From positions 2,381 through 66,380 of the forward strand of contig DATGVZ010000083.1 in NCBI GenBank assembly GCA_035299765.1: a DNA stretch of 64,000 nucleotides, written 5' to 3'. Under the pieces are notes generated by a model that was given only the letters and a program-made list of their open reading frames with translations, ran no database searches and was not told the origin of the DNA. Shown piece after piece: positions 18,756 through 28,805 of this stretch (the first letter of the stretch is position 1; each line of letters begins with the position of its first letter). The stretch comes from Gemmatimonadales bacterium. GTDB lineage: Bacteria > Gemmatimonadota > Gemmatimonadetes > Gemmatimonadales > GWC2-71-9. The position numbers and the translations under genes were made by a program.

Positions 18756-21551
18756 ATGCCGTTCACGTATAAGCTCGCGCGTCGCCTGGCCCTGCTCTAC
18801 GCGTTCGGTACGCTGCTCTCCTGCAATCTCGAGCGCCGCACGGGACTGACACCGGTACATCCGCTCGATCACATCACCGTCTCGCCTGACAATCTCACCC
18901 TAAGCCCCTATCAAGCCGTTGATCTGGCCGCCGTGGGGATCAGTGTGGTCGGCGACACGAACAATCTGCCGCTGCGTTGGACCCTGACCGGCGGCGGGCT
19001 CACCGATACGTTCACCGTGGACCGCGTCCACTACGGCAGGTACAAGGCGCTTGCGGTTGGCGACTATCTCGTCATCGTGAGCACCCTCGCCGGCACACCG
19101 TCCGATACGGCGACCGTGTTGGTTCGCGATCTGGCGGTCGATACGGTGATCATCGCGCCTCCGGATACGGCGGCGCTCTTCATCGGCACGCAGCTGCAAC
19201 TCACCGCCACCGCATTGGACAGCAGCGGCAACATCATCAGCGGGCGCTCCACAACCTGGGCGAGCGTCGATCCGACGATCGCGACCGTCAACAGCAGCGG
19301 GCTGGTCACGGCTGTGATCGATGGCACGGCGATGATCACCGCCACCACCGGCGGTAAACAGGGAAACGGGCACATTAAAGTTTCGAAGATTCCCGTCGCC
19401 TCGGTGACGGTGAGCCCCGGGACTGCCAGTTTGGCGATCGCCCAAACGACCAACCTGACGGCAACCGCGCGGGATAGCGCGGGAAATCCGCTGCCTGGTC
19501 GCGTCATGACGTGGACGAGCAACGACGCTTCGGTGGCGACGCTGACTGGAAACGGTCGGGTCACGGCTATCGGTCCGGGCGCCGCTACGATCACCGCCAC
19601 GAGTGAATCGAAGTCCGGCACGGCGGCAATCACGGTGACACAGCCGCCCGTCGCAACCGTCACCGTCACACCCGATTCGGCGACAATCCGCGTGACGAAC
19701 ACCGTCCAGCTGACGGCCACGCCTCGCGACAGCCTCGGGACGCCCCTCTCAGGACGTGTCGTCACCTGGTCGAGTAACGCGCCTGGTGTTGCGGCGGTGA
19801 ACGGCAGCGGGCTTGTCACCGGAGTCGCGGCGGGTTCCGCGACCATCACCGCCACGAGCGAAGGCAAAACCGGTACCTCGGCTATCAGGGTGACGCTCGT
19901 TCCCGTGGCTTCCGTCACCGTCACACCCAGTGCGGCCACCATCGTGGGCACGGGCACCGTCCAGCTGGTCGCCACCCCCAAGGACAGCGCCGGGAATCCG
20001 CTGACCGGTCGTGTCGTGACGTGGGCGAGCAATGCCCCCGGCGCAGCGACGGTCAACGGCAGTGGCCTGGTGACTGGCGTCTCGGTCGGCATCGCCACGA
20101 TAACGGCGACGAGTGAAGGGAAAAATGGCATATCGACCATCACCGTCACGGCCCCGCCGCCTCCACCTCCGCCGCCACCGCCGGCCGTCGGGATGTGCAC
20201 GGATACGGTGGCGCCGGGCGTGCCCTCCCCATTGCGCACCTTCTACGTGGACGGCGCCAGCGGCAATGATGCCGCCGACGGCCTCACAGCCGCTACGGCA
20301 TGGCGTACGCTGGACAAGGCCAACTCGACGGCGCGGGCGGGTGACTTGTTCCTCGTCAGCGGGACATTCACGAACCAGCTGATCCATCCGGCCCAATCGG
20401 GCACCGCCACGGCCAAGATCGTCTACCGGGCGAAGCCCGGCGCGAGCGCGGTGATCTCCGGCGGCCAGTACCAGGTGATCGCGTGGCTGGACGGTTTGAG
20501 CCACATCGTGGTCGATGGATTCGAGCTGACCAACGAATACGAAGCAGTCGACGTGCGCTACGGAGCCAATAACATCTGGCTGCGGAATCTCTACATCCAT
20601 GACGCCGGCTACGGCATTCACCTGGTGCAGGCGAGCGATAACCGGATCGAGGATAGCCGCCTGGAACGCAGCGGCAGCGAGCTCGCCAACTCCGGCGAGG
20701 GCATCTTTATCCAGGACGGCTCAAACCGCAATCACATCGTCCGCAACACCATCAGCTACGCGGGGCACGGCGCCTTGTGGATCAGCTTCCAAAACGCCGC
20801 CGAGGCCACGAGCGACGACAATGTGATCGAGAGGAACGATTTCTCGAACCCGTGGGCATCGGGCATGGGACTCTCGGGCAAGGCTCAACGCACCACGGTG
20901 CAGTGCAACAAACTCCACGATACCGCGAACGGCTCGGGTCCGAATTACGCCCGCTCGAACATCGAGGTGGATGGAATCGCCAACATCATCCGCTACAATG
21001 AGATCTTCCGCGGCGGCGCGCAGGGAATCACCCTGCAGGGTCGCACGTTCAACAGCTTCACGCAGAATTCAGTCGGCAATCAGGTCTATCAGAACACGTT
21101 CTGGCAGAACGGTGCCGAAAGCGTCCAGTTGCTGGAGAAGGATGTCGGCAACGTGCAGAACAACATCATCGAGAACAACATCTTCTGGCACGACGCCGGG
21201 TTCTCCTACGGCAGCGTGTACGCGATCACATCCGATCTGTACCACTCCAGCAACCCGTGGCCGAACGCGACTGCCAACGGCAACATCGTACGCAACAACA
21301 TTGTCCCGACGGGCCAGCAAATGATGCTCGTGATTCGCACCACGGCGAACGAGTCCTACTCGCTGGCGCAAGCCCAAGCCACGCTGGCTGGGTGGGCGAA
21401 CAATCTGCAGGTCGATCCGTTGTTCGTGAATGAATCGATCGGCGACGTGCGACTACAGAACACCAGTCCGGCGATCGACGCGGGCATCATCATCAGCGGG
21501 GTTCCGTACCTCGGTCTGTTCCCGGACCTGGGTGCGCACGAATTGCGGTAG
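18756..21551 (+). CDS. surface protein: five Big_2 (bacterial Ig-like) domains, poly-Pro linker, right-handed beta-helix domain
   Basis: Frame of ORF 18603..21551. The likely start is ATG 18756 (MPFTYKLARRLALLYAFGTLLSC, signal/lipobox-like). Big_2 repeats carry VTV.P......G...QL.AT..DS.GN.L.GR...W.S......V...GLVT....G.A.ITA. An APPPPPPPPPPA linker lies at 20151-20186. The C-terminal approximately 450 aa are paralogous to 16998..18473. Confidence 0.8.
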   Translation: MPFTYKLARRLALLYAFGTLLSCNLERRTGLTPVHPLDHITVSPDNLTLSPYQAVDLAAVGISVVGDTNNLPLRWTLTGGGLTDTFTVDRVHYGRYKALAVGDYLVIVSTLAGTPSDTATVLVRDLAVDTVIIAPPDTAALFIGTQLQLTATALDSSGNIISGRSTTWASVDPTIATVNSSGLVTAVIDGTAMITATTGGKQGNGHIKVSKIPVASVTVSPGTASLAIAQTTNLTATARDSAGNPLPGRVMTWTSNDASVATLTGNGRVTAIGPGAATITATSESKSGTAAITVTQPPVATVTVTPDSATIRVTNTVQLTATPRDSLGTPLSGRVVTWSSNAPGVAAVNGSGLVTGVAAGSATITATSEGKTGTSAIRVTLVPVASVTVTPSAATIVGTGTVQLVATPKDSAGNPLTGRVVTWASNAPGAATVNGSGLVTGVSVGIATITATSEGKNGISTITVTAPPPPPPPPPPAVGMCTDTVAPGVPSPLRTFYVDGASGNDAADGLTAATAWRTLDKANSTARAGDLFLVSGTFTNQLIHPAQSGTATAKIVYRAKPGASAVISGGQYQVIAWLDGLSHIVVDGFELTNEYEAVDVRYGANNIWLRNLYIHDAGYGIHLVQASDNRIEDSRLERSGSELANSGEGIFIQDGSNRNHIVRNTISYAGHGALWISFQNAAEATSDDNVIERNDFSNPWASGMGLSGKAQRTTVQCNKLHDTANGSGPNYARSNIEVDGIANIIRYNEIFRGGAQGITLQGRTFNSFTQNSVGNQVYQNTFWQNGAESVQLLEKDVGNVQNNIIENNIFWHDAGFSYGSVYAITSDLYHSSNPWPNATANGNIVRNNIVPTGQQMMLVIRTTANESYSLAQAQATLAGWANNLQVDPLFVNESIGDVRLQNTSPAIDAGIIISGVPYLGLFPDLGAHELR
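18870..20150 (+). repeat. tandem array of five Big_2 domain-coding units (about 270 nt each)
   Basis: The repeated peptide pattern is visible in the translation. The last three units are the most similar (VTWSSNAPGVAAVNGSGLVTGVAAGSATITATSEGKTG / VTWASNAPGAATVNGSGLVTGVSVGIATITATSEGKNG). Confidence 0.75.
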
Positions 21552-21552
21552 C

Positions 21553-22557
21553 TCACCTCTCGCCGGCGGCCGAGAACATGCTGCGGACGCCCGCGAGACT
21601 GCCGGCAAAGGCGGCCGCGCTCAATTGGGCGGGCACGCCCACGCGCGGGATCAGGAAGGGATCATCGCCGCGCCGCGCTAGGCGCTGGTCGGCACGGAGC
21701 GGACCGGCGAGCACCGCGGCGCGAAATCGGGCGGCCCGGAGCGCAGCGCGCACTTCACTCGTCCACTGTCCGGCCGGATAACAGAATACCGGCACGGCGC
21801 GTGTCCCCAGCTCATTGCGTAACGTCCTGGCACAACACTCCACATCGAGCCGGGCCTCCTCGGTGGAAATCGCGCCCAGCAGGCGGTGCGCTGCTCCGTG
21901 CCCGCCAAAACGGAGGCCCTCAGGGGCAGCCCGGCATTCGTCCCATGTGGCTGGGCGCAGCGCCTTCGCGAGTGTCGTCGTTGTGGCTGCGTCGCCTCCC
22001 AGGAGGGTGAAGAGTCGCGCGCGTTCCGCGAGCGTGGCGGCGCGCAGCAAGGCGTCGCCGCGTGTCAGCGCGGCGCCGACGCCTGCGGGCGATGTGAGAT
22101 CCATCCGTCCCCAGTCCTTCCCTGGCTCGAGAGTCCGTCCCTCCTGCGCCGCCAGTCGCAGACAGAGCTCGTCCCACCAGAACAGCCTCGTACCCAGGTA
22201 ATCGGTTGCCAGAAAGATCGTCGCCGGAAATCCGAACTCGGCCAGGATGGGAGCCGCCACCGACACATTGTCGACGTAGCCGTCGTCGAATGTCAGCACC
22301 ACCGATCGCGGCGAAGGGTTGTCGAGCATCTCCTCGAATCGCACGACGCGATAGTGTCCCTGGAGAAATCGCAGCTGCTCGCGAAAGCGCTCCGCCACAA
22401 GGTGCAGCCCGCCTCCCCGCTCTCCCACGTGAGGCGGGAGGGGGTCGGCGACGATGCTGTGATAGCAGAGGATCGGCACCCGGGTGCGGTAGAGCCAGCG
22501 CAACGCGGCGAACGCACCGCTGCGGAGCGCTGCGCCATATGCCACGCGCTTCAACAT
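21553..22557 (-). CDS. polysaccharide deacetylase (NodB/CE4 family)
   Basis: The real start is ATG 22557 (MLKRVAYGAALRSG). NodB motifs: VVLTFDDGYVDN and ATIFLATDYLG. The stop is only 1 nt from the stop of the convergent Big_2 gene. Confidence 0.8.
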   Translation of the reverse strand: MLKRVAYGAALRSGAFAALRWLYRTRVPILCYHSIVADPLPPHVGERGGGLHLVAERFREQLRFLQGHYRVVRFEEMLDNPSPRSVVLTFDDGYVDNVSVAAPILAEFGFPATIFLATDYLGTRLFWWDELCLRLAAQEGRTLEPGKDWGRMDLTSPAGVGAALTRGDALLRAATLAERARLFTLLGGDAATTTTLAKALRPATWDECRAAPEGLRFGGHGAAHRLLGAISTEEARLDVECCARTLRNELGTRAVPVFCYPAGQWTSEVRAALRAARFRAAVLAGPLRADQRLARRGDDPFLIPRVGVPAQLSAAAFAGSLAGVRSMFSAAGER

Positions 22558-23777
22558 TGCCGGGGTGAGTCGCGTCCGCCGAGCTGGCGGCGCACGAGTT
22601 CCGCCATGTACGCGCAGCGCCCCTGCCACGATTCCGGGAGCTCGGCGCGTGCCGCGGCGCACCGCGCGTCGCGATCCCACCCGTTCGCTAGGACCCCGCG
22701 CACGGCCAGCACAAATTGCTCGGGCGTCTCCGCGAGCCGCAGCTGCGGCCGATCGCGCAGCAGCTGAATCTCGGGCAACGCGGTCGCCACCACCGGCACC
22801 CCCGCGCACAGATACTCGCGCAACTTGATCGGGTTCACCGCCACGGTGAGGTCGCTCCTGACGAACGGCACGAGCGCAACGTCGAAGGCAGCGGCGTACG
22901 CCGGCAGCTGCTCATAGGGGCGTTGACCGAGCAACCGGACGTTCGGCAGCGCACGCAACCGCGAAGCATCGATTTGCACCCGCCCGATCAGCACGAGCGT
23001 GGCGTCGGGACACGCCGCGGCGATCCGGCAGAGTACGTCCTGATCGATCCACTCGTGCACGAGTCCGAAGAACCCGATGATCGGCCCCGGGATGTCCGCG
23101 ATGTCCGCAGGCCGGGGGGCGGGAGCGAGGGCGGCCTTCGAGAAGTGCTCCCAATCCACACCATGCCGGACGAGATGCGCCCGCGACGTGTGGCCCTCAC
23201 AGTCCGCGAGCAGCTCGGTCGAAGACGCGAACACCAGATCGGCCTGCCGGCACAGCTGCGCGTGGCACGCGCGCATGACGGCCGCATCGTAGTCGGCAAA
23301 GGCCCACCACCGATCCACGCAATGGTAGACTAAACCCGCTTGCGGCAGTGACGCGAGATAGGGAGCGACCGTTGGAGTGTACACCCACAGCAGCGGCGGT
23401 CGATCGAGCCGGAGCCGCCCAAGCGCGCGCGTTACGCTGCGGTGGTAGAGCCAACGGTTCACTCGTGTCGCCGCACGTCGTCCCGGGAGCGGCACGCTGA
23501 GCGGACTCACGACGTGTAACCGCCGGTGCGCGGCGCCGTCCCGGCGAACTCCCGCTGTGGACCGGCGCAGTCGCGCGAGGATACGCCGCAGATCGAGCGG
23601 ATTGGAAAAGCGAGGACGCCGCATCCCCGCCGACTCGACCCACAGCACGTCGGTGTAGCCGGCGAGAATCCGCATGATGTGATGCTTGCTGGTGGGATCC
23701 CCCTGATAGTCGTTGGCGAAGCACACGATCGGCGGCCCGCCTGCGAACGTCCGGCCAATCTCGCTCGAGGGCGTCAT
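22551..23777 (-). CDS. glycosyltransferase family 1 (TuaH-like)
   Basis: Motifs VCFANDYQGDPTSKHHIM and NPIKLREYLCAGVPVVATALPEI. It overlaps the neighbouring genes by 7 and 4 nt. Confidence 0.75.
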   Translation of the reverse strand: MTPSSEIGRTFAGGPPIVCFANDYQGDPTSKHHIMRILAGYTDVLWVESAGMRRPRFSNPLDLRRILARLRRSTAGVRRDGAAHRRLHVVSPLSVPLPGRRAATRVNRWLYHRSVTRALGRLRLDRPPLLWVYTPTVAPYLASLPQAGLVYHCVDRWWAFADYDAAVMRACHAQLCRQADLVFASSTELLADCEGHTSRAHLVRHGVDWEHFSKAALAPAPRPADIADIPGPIIGFFGLVHEWIDQDVLCRIAAACPDATLVLIGRVQIDASRLRALPNVRLLGQRPYEQLPAYAAAFDVALVPFVRSDLTVAVNPIKLREYLCAGVPVVATALPEIQLLRDRPQLRLAETPEQFVLAVRGVLANGWDRDARCAAARAELPESWQGRCAYMAELVRRQLGGRDSPRQC

Positions 23778-25660
23778 GCGACCTGTGCGGAAACGATGAG
23801 ATCGAACCGCGCCGGCAGCTCAGCAGGTCCGGTGATCACGACGCACGGCCGCGCATAACACACTCCATAGCGGTCGCTCGCGAGCGACTCGCCCAATGTC
23901 AGCTCGAGCCCGGGAGGCGCCGTAATCACGACGCGCACGACCGGCTCGCCCGGCAGCACGAGCTCGGCCCGGGTCGCGGAGATCGTAATGCAGCGCACCT
24001 CAAGCGCCGCAAGATGCAGGCGCCACGTCAGCGGCTCTACACCCGCTCCGATGATCTCGTCGGTGACGTGCCAGCGCCGCTCCGGCCACCGGGCGATGAT
24101 GCGCCGGCGACAAATCGCTCCTGAAGGACGATGCATATATCCATGGTGCTGACCCTCGAACAGTGCGCCGTCGGGACCGACTTCCCAGCGCAAGCAGCGC
24201 GATCGCGTGCGATCAGCCAGCACCCGCCAGGGCCGCTCGGGGACGATCAGGTTCTGTTCCTCATTGGCCACCTGGACCACGCTGTGGGCGGCGGTGCCGC
24301 GAAAGGCAAAGCGCTGGGCGAGATCGCGCGTGTAGGCGTACGTGCCGCTGTCACTCACCACGCGCCGTCCTCCGACAACGAGCTCGAACGAGAGATGATC
24401 GTTGTGATCGTGGCTGCCCGCGCCGGCGAGGCCCACGGCGCCACAGCGCGTGATCAGGTGATCGGCACCGTGGCGCAACACGTAAAACCCGCCTTGAGGA
24501 AACGACGCGGACTCCGTCGCGGCAGGGATCTCGACCGGCAGGCCCAATCGATGCCGCCGGGGGAACAGCATGCCTTGCGCGGAGACGGCGTGCAGCCGGC
24601 TGTCATCGGCGTCCCCGAGTATCGGCGCCTCGCCGGATTCCGGGAGATAAGCGGCGATGAAGTCGTACATCCGCTGCAGGCGCCGGTCGTACTCAGCGGG
24701 AAGCGCGCCGGGAAGGTTGCGGCGCACCACCTCACCGCCATAAGCAAACAGCTCCGCGACGAGACGGTGATAGCCGACCGACGCTTCGAACGACGTTCCA
24801 TCCGCATGCACCTGGCGCTGCATTTCCGATCCCAGGATCTGCGCGCCGGCCCGCAGCCAGCGTTGTCCCTCCGGAGTGTCACGGAACAGCGCGCCGAGAT
24901 ATGCGAGGCCGACGCCGTCGGCCACGTAGTGATTGCCGCGATAGACGGGATGCCACTCGGGGTAGCGCTCGAGGAACAGCCCCGTCGTGAAGAGGTTTGC
25001 CAGCATGCCCTGCCAGAATGCCGGCGCCACTCCATCGGCCTCGGCGAAGACCAGCAACGCGAGGACCCAATTGGCGGCGCGGATCGCGGCCTCCATCGGG
25101 TTGGTCCAGTTCGGTCCCCGGCCGACGGGATTCGCGGCGGGCCAGGATCCAACATGACGCGCGAAGGTGTCGCGGTAGCGTGGGTCGCCCGAGCGCCAGA
25201 ATGTGCGGGCGAGCGGCAGGAAATAGGCGCCGCGCGACATCTCCCAGACCGTGCGGATATCGGAGCCATCGCCGCGATGCAGCGCGATTCGGAATGCGTG
25301 CTGCAGCGGCCACTCCCACCCGGTATAGAGGTCGCGCCGCCACGACGGCGTTTCCCCGATGTGTACCGGGCCGGAACCCAGGAGGTCGAGCACGCCCCGC
25401 GCCGCGCCATCGGCAATGCGTTTGTCAGCCGGCGTCCATGTGGCGCGGGCCCACTCGCTGCCGGATGCCGCCGGAATCCAGAACGCACCGGCGCCGTCCC
25501 GGGCCAGCCACTGCGGCATCCCTCGCTCTCCCACGCTGCTTCGCCACCGCTCCGCCCAACGCCGCCCACGCGCCTCGAGACGCGCGAAGCCTCCCAGCGC
25601 GTCGACCATCTGGCGGGAGCGTTGGCGCACCTTCCAGCCGACCAGCCGCAGCAGCCTCAT
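23774..25660 (-). CDS. heparinase II/III family protein (alginate-lyase-like N domain plus Hepar_II_III C domain)
   Basis: It carries GSHDHNDHLSFELVVGGRRVVSDSGTYAYT, the characteristic C-terminal heparinase II/III motif. A toroid-like N-terminal region has NWVLALLV and GNHY. Confidence 0.75.
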   Translation of the reverse strand: MRLLRLVGWKVRQRSRQMVDALGGFARLEARGRRWAERWRSSVGERGMPQWLARDGAGAFWIPAASGSEWARATWTPADKRIADGAARGVLDLLGSGPVHIGETPSWRRDLYTGWEWPLQHAFRIALHRGDGSDIRTVWEMSRGAYFLPLARTFWRSGDPRYRDTFARHVGSWPAANPVGRGPNWTNPMEAAIRAANWVLALLVFAEADGVAPAFWQGMLANLFTTGLFLERYPEWHPVYRGNHYVADGVGLAYLGALFRDTPEGQRWLRAGAQILGSEMQRQVHADGTSFEASVGYHRLVAELFAYGGEVVRRNLPGALPAEYDRRLQRMYDFIAAYLPESGEAPILGDADDSRLHAVSAQGMLFPRRHRLGLPVEIPAATESASFPQGGFYVLRHGADHLITRCGAVGLAGAGSHDHNDHLSFELVVGGRRVVSDSGTYAYTRDLAQRFAFRGTAAHSVVQVANEEQNLIVPERPWRVLADRTRSRCLRWEVGPDGALFEGQHHGYMHRPSGAICRRRIIARWPERRWHVTDEIIGAGVEPLTWRLHLAALEVRCITISATRAELVLPGEPVVRVVITAPPGLELTLGESLASDRYGVCYARPCVVITGPAELPARFDLIVSAQVA

Positions 25661-27624
25661 GCGACCCCTACATCCCAGCGCTCAGCCCAGGCGCACAGAT
25701 TGACGAGATTCCAAAGGCGAAAGCCATGATCGGCACGCATCTCGGCATGTTCGCGGAACAGAGCGCCCACTGCATCCGAATCAAACAGCCGTCCGCGCAT
25801 GAGGCGCGATCGCAGCACGGTGTCTTTGGCCCAGGTCGCCAGCGGCTCGCGCCGCAGCCAATCGGCCAGTGGTACGTCGAATCCCTTCTTCGGGCGTTCG
25901 GTCACGTCGGCCCCCAGCAGCGGCTCGGCGGCCAGCTTGACAATGTGTTTGGTGCGATCACCCCGGGGCCCGAGCTTCACATGATCCGGCAGTGCCATGC
26001 CGAGTTCCACGATGCGATGGTCCAGAAAGGGAACACGCGCCTCAACCGAGCTCAGCATCGTCATCTTGTCGACGCGCATCAGCAGCAGCTCCGGCAGGCG
26101 AACCATGAGGTCTTGGTAGGCGATTGCGCTGGCGACGTATCTCTCGCCGTGTCGCCCATTCCGCGGAAGCTCGGCCGCGAATTCCGCCAGATTGCGCATG
26201 GCGAGCGACGCGCTCGAAGGAGCGAGGCGCAAACGCGCCCGCGCCTCTCGGGTCAGCAACGCCTCCTTCTCACTCTCCCAGTGTGCTACCGCACCACTCA
26301 AGAAGAGCGGCTCGCCGCGCGCGGCGCGGCGCAGCAGATCGCGGGGCTCGCGCCAGCGGGGCACTCGCGCGAGCAGCGGACTCGCCGCAGCGCTGATCGC
26401 ACGGCGCAGCGGCACCGGGACGCGCATGTACGGTGTCCACCAGCGGCGCTGGACAGACGCGTATCGCCGGTAACGCGGATATCCGGCGAATAGCTCGTCA
26501 CTCCCCTCCCCAACCTGGACGACGATGACCCCCGACTGCCGGACCGATCGAGCGAGCAGCTGCATCGGCACGCACGTCCAATCCGCCACCGGTTCGTCCT
26601 GACCGTAAATGAGCTCGGGCACCGCGCTCATCACTTCCGCCGGCTGGAGGACGAGCTCCCGATGGTCGGCGCCGAAGCGAGCCGCCACCTGAGCCGCGTA
26701 ACGGCGTTCGTCGAAATGCGGCGCGTTCTCGAACCCGATCGAGAACGTATGCACGGGCGCGGCCAAATGCGTGCTCAGCAGCGCGAGAATGAAGCTCGAA
26801 TCGACGCCGCCGCTCAGCAGTACCCCATGTGGAACATCCGCCATCGTTTGCTCGATCACGGCCGACCGGAGCGTGTCCCGCAGGTGTGCGGCCAGCCCTT
26901 GCTCATCGTCCGCTGAGAGACCGACTGGAAGTCCATGACCCGCCGCCGTCCACCAGCGCACGACTTCCGGCGCGCCGTTCTGTTCGAGCACCAGCATGTG
27001 CCCCGCGGCGAGCTTGCGGATCCCTCGAAACAGCGTTGTCGGCGGCGGCACCGCGGCGAACGTGAGATAATGCCACAAAGCCTGCTCGTCGATTTCCGGT
27101 GTGACCGCGGGATGCGCGAGCAGCGCCTTGATCTCCGATGCCCACAGGAGTTGGCCGCCCGCGAAGGTGTAGTAGAGCGGCTTGACGCCGAGCCGATCGC
27201 GCGCGAGCAGCAGCCGGCGTCGCGGTGCGTCCCACAAAGAGAAGGCGAACATCCCGCGCAACTCCGCCAGCATGTCCGGTCCCCGCTCTTCGTAGAGATG
27301 GATCAGAATCTCGGTGTCCGTGCGGGACCGGAACTGATGGCCTGCGCCCTCGAGTGGTTGGCGCAGCGCGGCGTGATTGTAGACCTCGCCGTTGTACGAG
27401 ATCCATATCGTCCCGTCTTCGTTCGCCATTGGGCCATGGCCGGCGGGACTCAAGTCCACGATCGACAAGCGGCGATGTCCCATCCCGAGTCTGCGGTCTG
27501 GATCGACGTAGCTGCCTGCGTCGTCCGGCCCGCGATGCGACATGGTATCGCGCATGCGCTCGATGACGGCAGGATCGACGTCCGGCCCGCCCCGCAATGA
27601 CAAGGCGCCACAGATGCCGCACAT
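25657..27624 (-). CDS. asnB: asparagine synthase (glutamine-hydrolysing) family amidotransferase
   Basis: The N-terminus MCGICG supplies the Cys2 nucleophile, and LLSGGVDSS is the PP-loop. In EPS loci this type (WbpS-like) is usually assigned to amidation of uronic acid residues. Confidence 0.9.
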   Translation of the reverse strand: MCGICGALSLRGGPDVDPAVIERMRDTMSHRGPDDAGSYVDPDRRLGMGHRRLSIVDLSPAGHGPMANEDGTIWISYNGEVYNHAALRQPLEGAGHQFRSRTDTEILIHLYEERGPDMLAELRGMFAFSLWDAPRRRLLLARDRLGVKPLYYTFAGGQLLWASEIKALLAHPAVTPEIDEQALWHYLTFAAVPPPTTLFRGIRKLAAGHMLVLEQNGAPEVVRWWTAAGHGLPVGLSADDEQGLAAHLRDTLRSAVIEQTMADVPHGVLLSGGVDSSFILALLSTHLAAPVHTFSIGFENAPHFDERRYAAQVAARFGADHRELVLQPAEVMSAVPELIYGQDEPVADWTCVPMQLLARSVRQSGVIVVQVGEGSDELFAGYPRYRRYASVQRRWWTPYMRVPVPLRRAISAAASPLLARVPRWREPRDLLRRAARGEPLFLSGAVAHWESEKEALLTREARARLRLAPSSASLAMRNLAEFAAELPRNGRHGERYVASAIAYQDLMVRLPELLLMRVDKMTMLSSVEARVPFLDHRIVELGMALPDHVKLGPRGDRTKHIVKLAAEPLLGADVTERPKKGFDVPLADWLRREPLATWAKDTVLRSRLMRGRLFDSDAVGALFREHAEMRADHGFRLWNLVNLCAWAERWDVGVA

Positions 27625-28805
27625 CAGCGCACGTCCGCCCTTCCCTCGTACAACCGCACATAAGCATCCACCATGGCTCGCTGGCTGTAGTGCGCTACCA
27701 CGCGCTCCCGACCAGCCAGGCCCATCGCACGACGGCGCGGGGCGTCGGCCAGCGCGCGCAGCGCGGCCGACAGCGCGGCGTCGTCTCCGATGGGAAACAG
27801 CACGCCGGTTCGGCCGTCGGCGATAACCTGCGGGACATCGCCCACCGGCGTTGCCACCACCGGTACCCCACAGGCTGACGCCTCGAGCGCAACCAGCGGC
27901 AATCCCTCACTGCGCGAGCTGAGGACGAATACGTCGAGTGCGGGCAAGACATCCGCGAGATCGATGCGCCATCCCGCAAAGCGCACTCGGCTCCCGATGC
28001 CGAGGCTGGCGACAAGCGCTTCCAGCGCTGCCTGCTGCGGTCCCTCTCCGATCAGGACCAGTTGGACGTGGGGGTGGGTTTGGAACAACGCGGCGACGCC
28101 GCGCACCAGCGTGCCGTAATCCTTCTCTGGAAAGAATCGGCCCGCCGTTCCGATGACGTAAGCATCGGGTGCCAACCCCAGTGCGCGCCGCGCCGCGTTG
28201 GCAGGCTCCGGCGTCCGGGGCTGATAGTGCGTGGTATCGATGCCGTTGGGGATCACGCACAGGCGCCGCGCCGGTACGTGCACACAATCCGCGTAGTAAG
28301 CGAGCTGCGAGTGAGCCACCACGACGAAGGCGTCGCTCGTGGCGCTCATCCCGCGGAGCAAGCGGCGATAGTCCGGCCGTGGCTCCAGATACTGGTAGGA
28401 GTGCTCGGTATGCACGCGCCGGGGCACGCGAGCAAGCCACGCCGCCGGCAGACTGTGGACCAGCGTCCCGAAATGGTGCGTATGCACGACGGCGGGTCGT
28501 AGACGACGCAGCAGGCGCGCGAATGTCCAATGAAACCGGGGCTGCCAGAACCGGCGGCCGCCGAGGACGTGATATTCGACGCTCGCGTCGCGCAGCAGCG
28601 CTTCGTGTTCTCCGCCTTCGTCCAGCGCGACGACGACGGCGCGGAAACGCTGCGGATCGAGTCCTGTGGCGAGAGTGACCGCCATCCGCTCCATCCCGCC
28701 GTGGCCGAGGTTCAACAGCACCTGCACGACCGTCGCTCGCGCGCGCGCCTGTGAAGCACGCAATCGCTCGCGTGGAGCGGTAGCGGGCAGCGGCAGCACG
28801 GTCAT
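27624..28805 (-). CDS. glycosyltransferase family 4
   Basis: Start ATG 28805 (MTVLPLPAT), a 4-nt overlap with the upstream gene. Motifs LNLGHGGMERM and SSRSEGLPLVALEASACGVPVVATPVGDVPQVIADGRTG. Its stop shares 1 nt with the asnB start (TGATG). Confidence 0.8.
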   Translation of the reverse strand: MTVLPLPATAPRERLRASQARARATVVQVLLNLGHGGMERMAVTLATGLDPQRFRAVVVALDEGGEHEALLRDASVEYHVLGGRRFWQPRFHWTFARLLRRLRPAVVHTHHFGTLVHSLPAAWLARVPRRVHTEHSYQYLEPRPDYRRLLRGMSATSDAFVVVAHSQLAYYADCVHVPARRLCVIPNGIDTTHYQPRTPEPANAARRALGLAPDAYVIGTAGRFFPEKDYGTLVRGVAALFQTHPHVQLVLIGEGPQQAALEALVASLGIGSRVRFAGWRIDLADVLPALDVFVLSSRSEGLPLVALEASACGVPVVATPVGDVPQVIADGRTGVLFPIGDDAALSAALRALADAPRRRAMGLAGRERVVAHYSQRAMVDAYVRLYEGRADVR

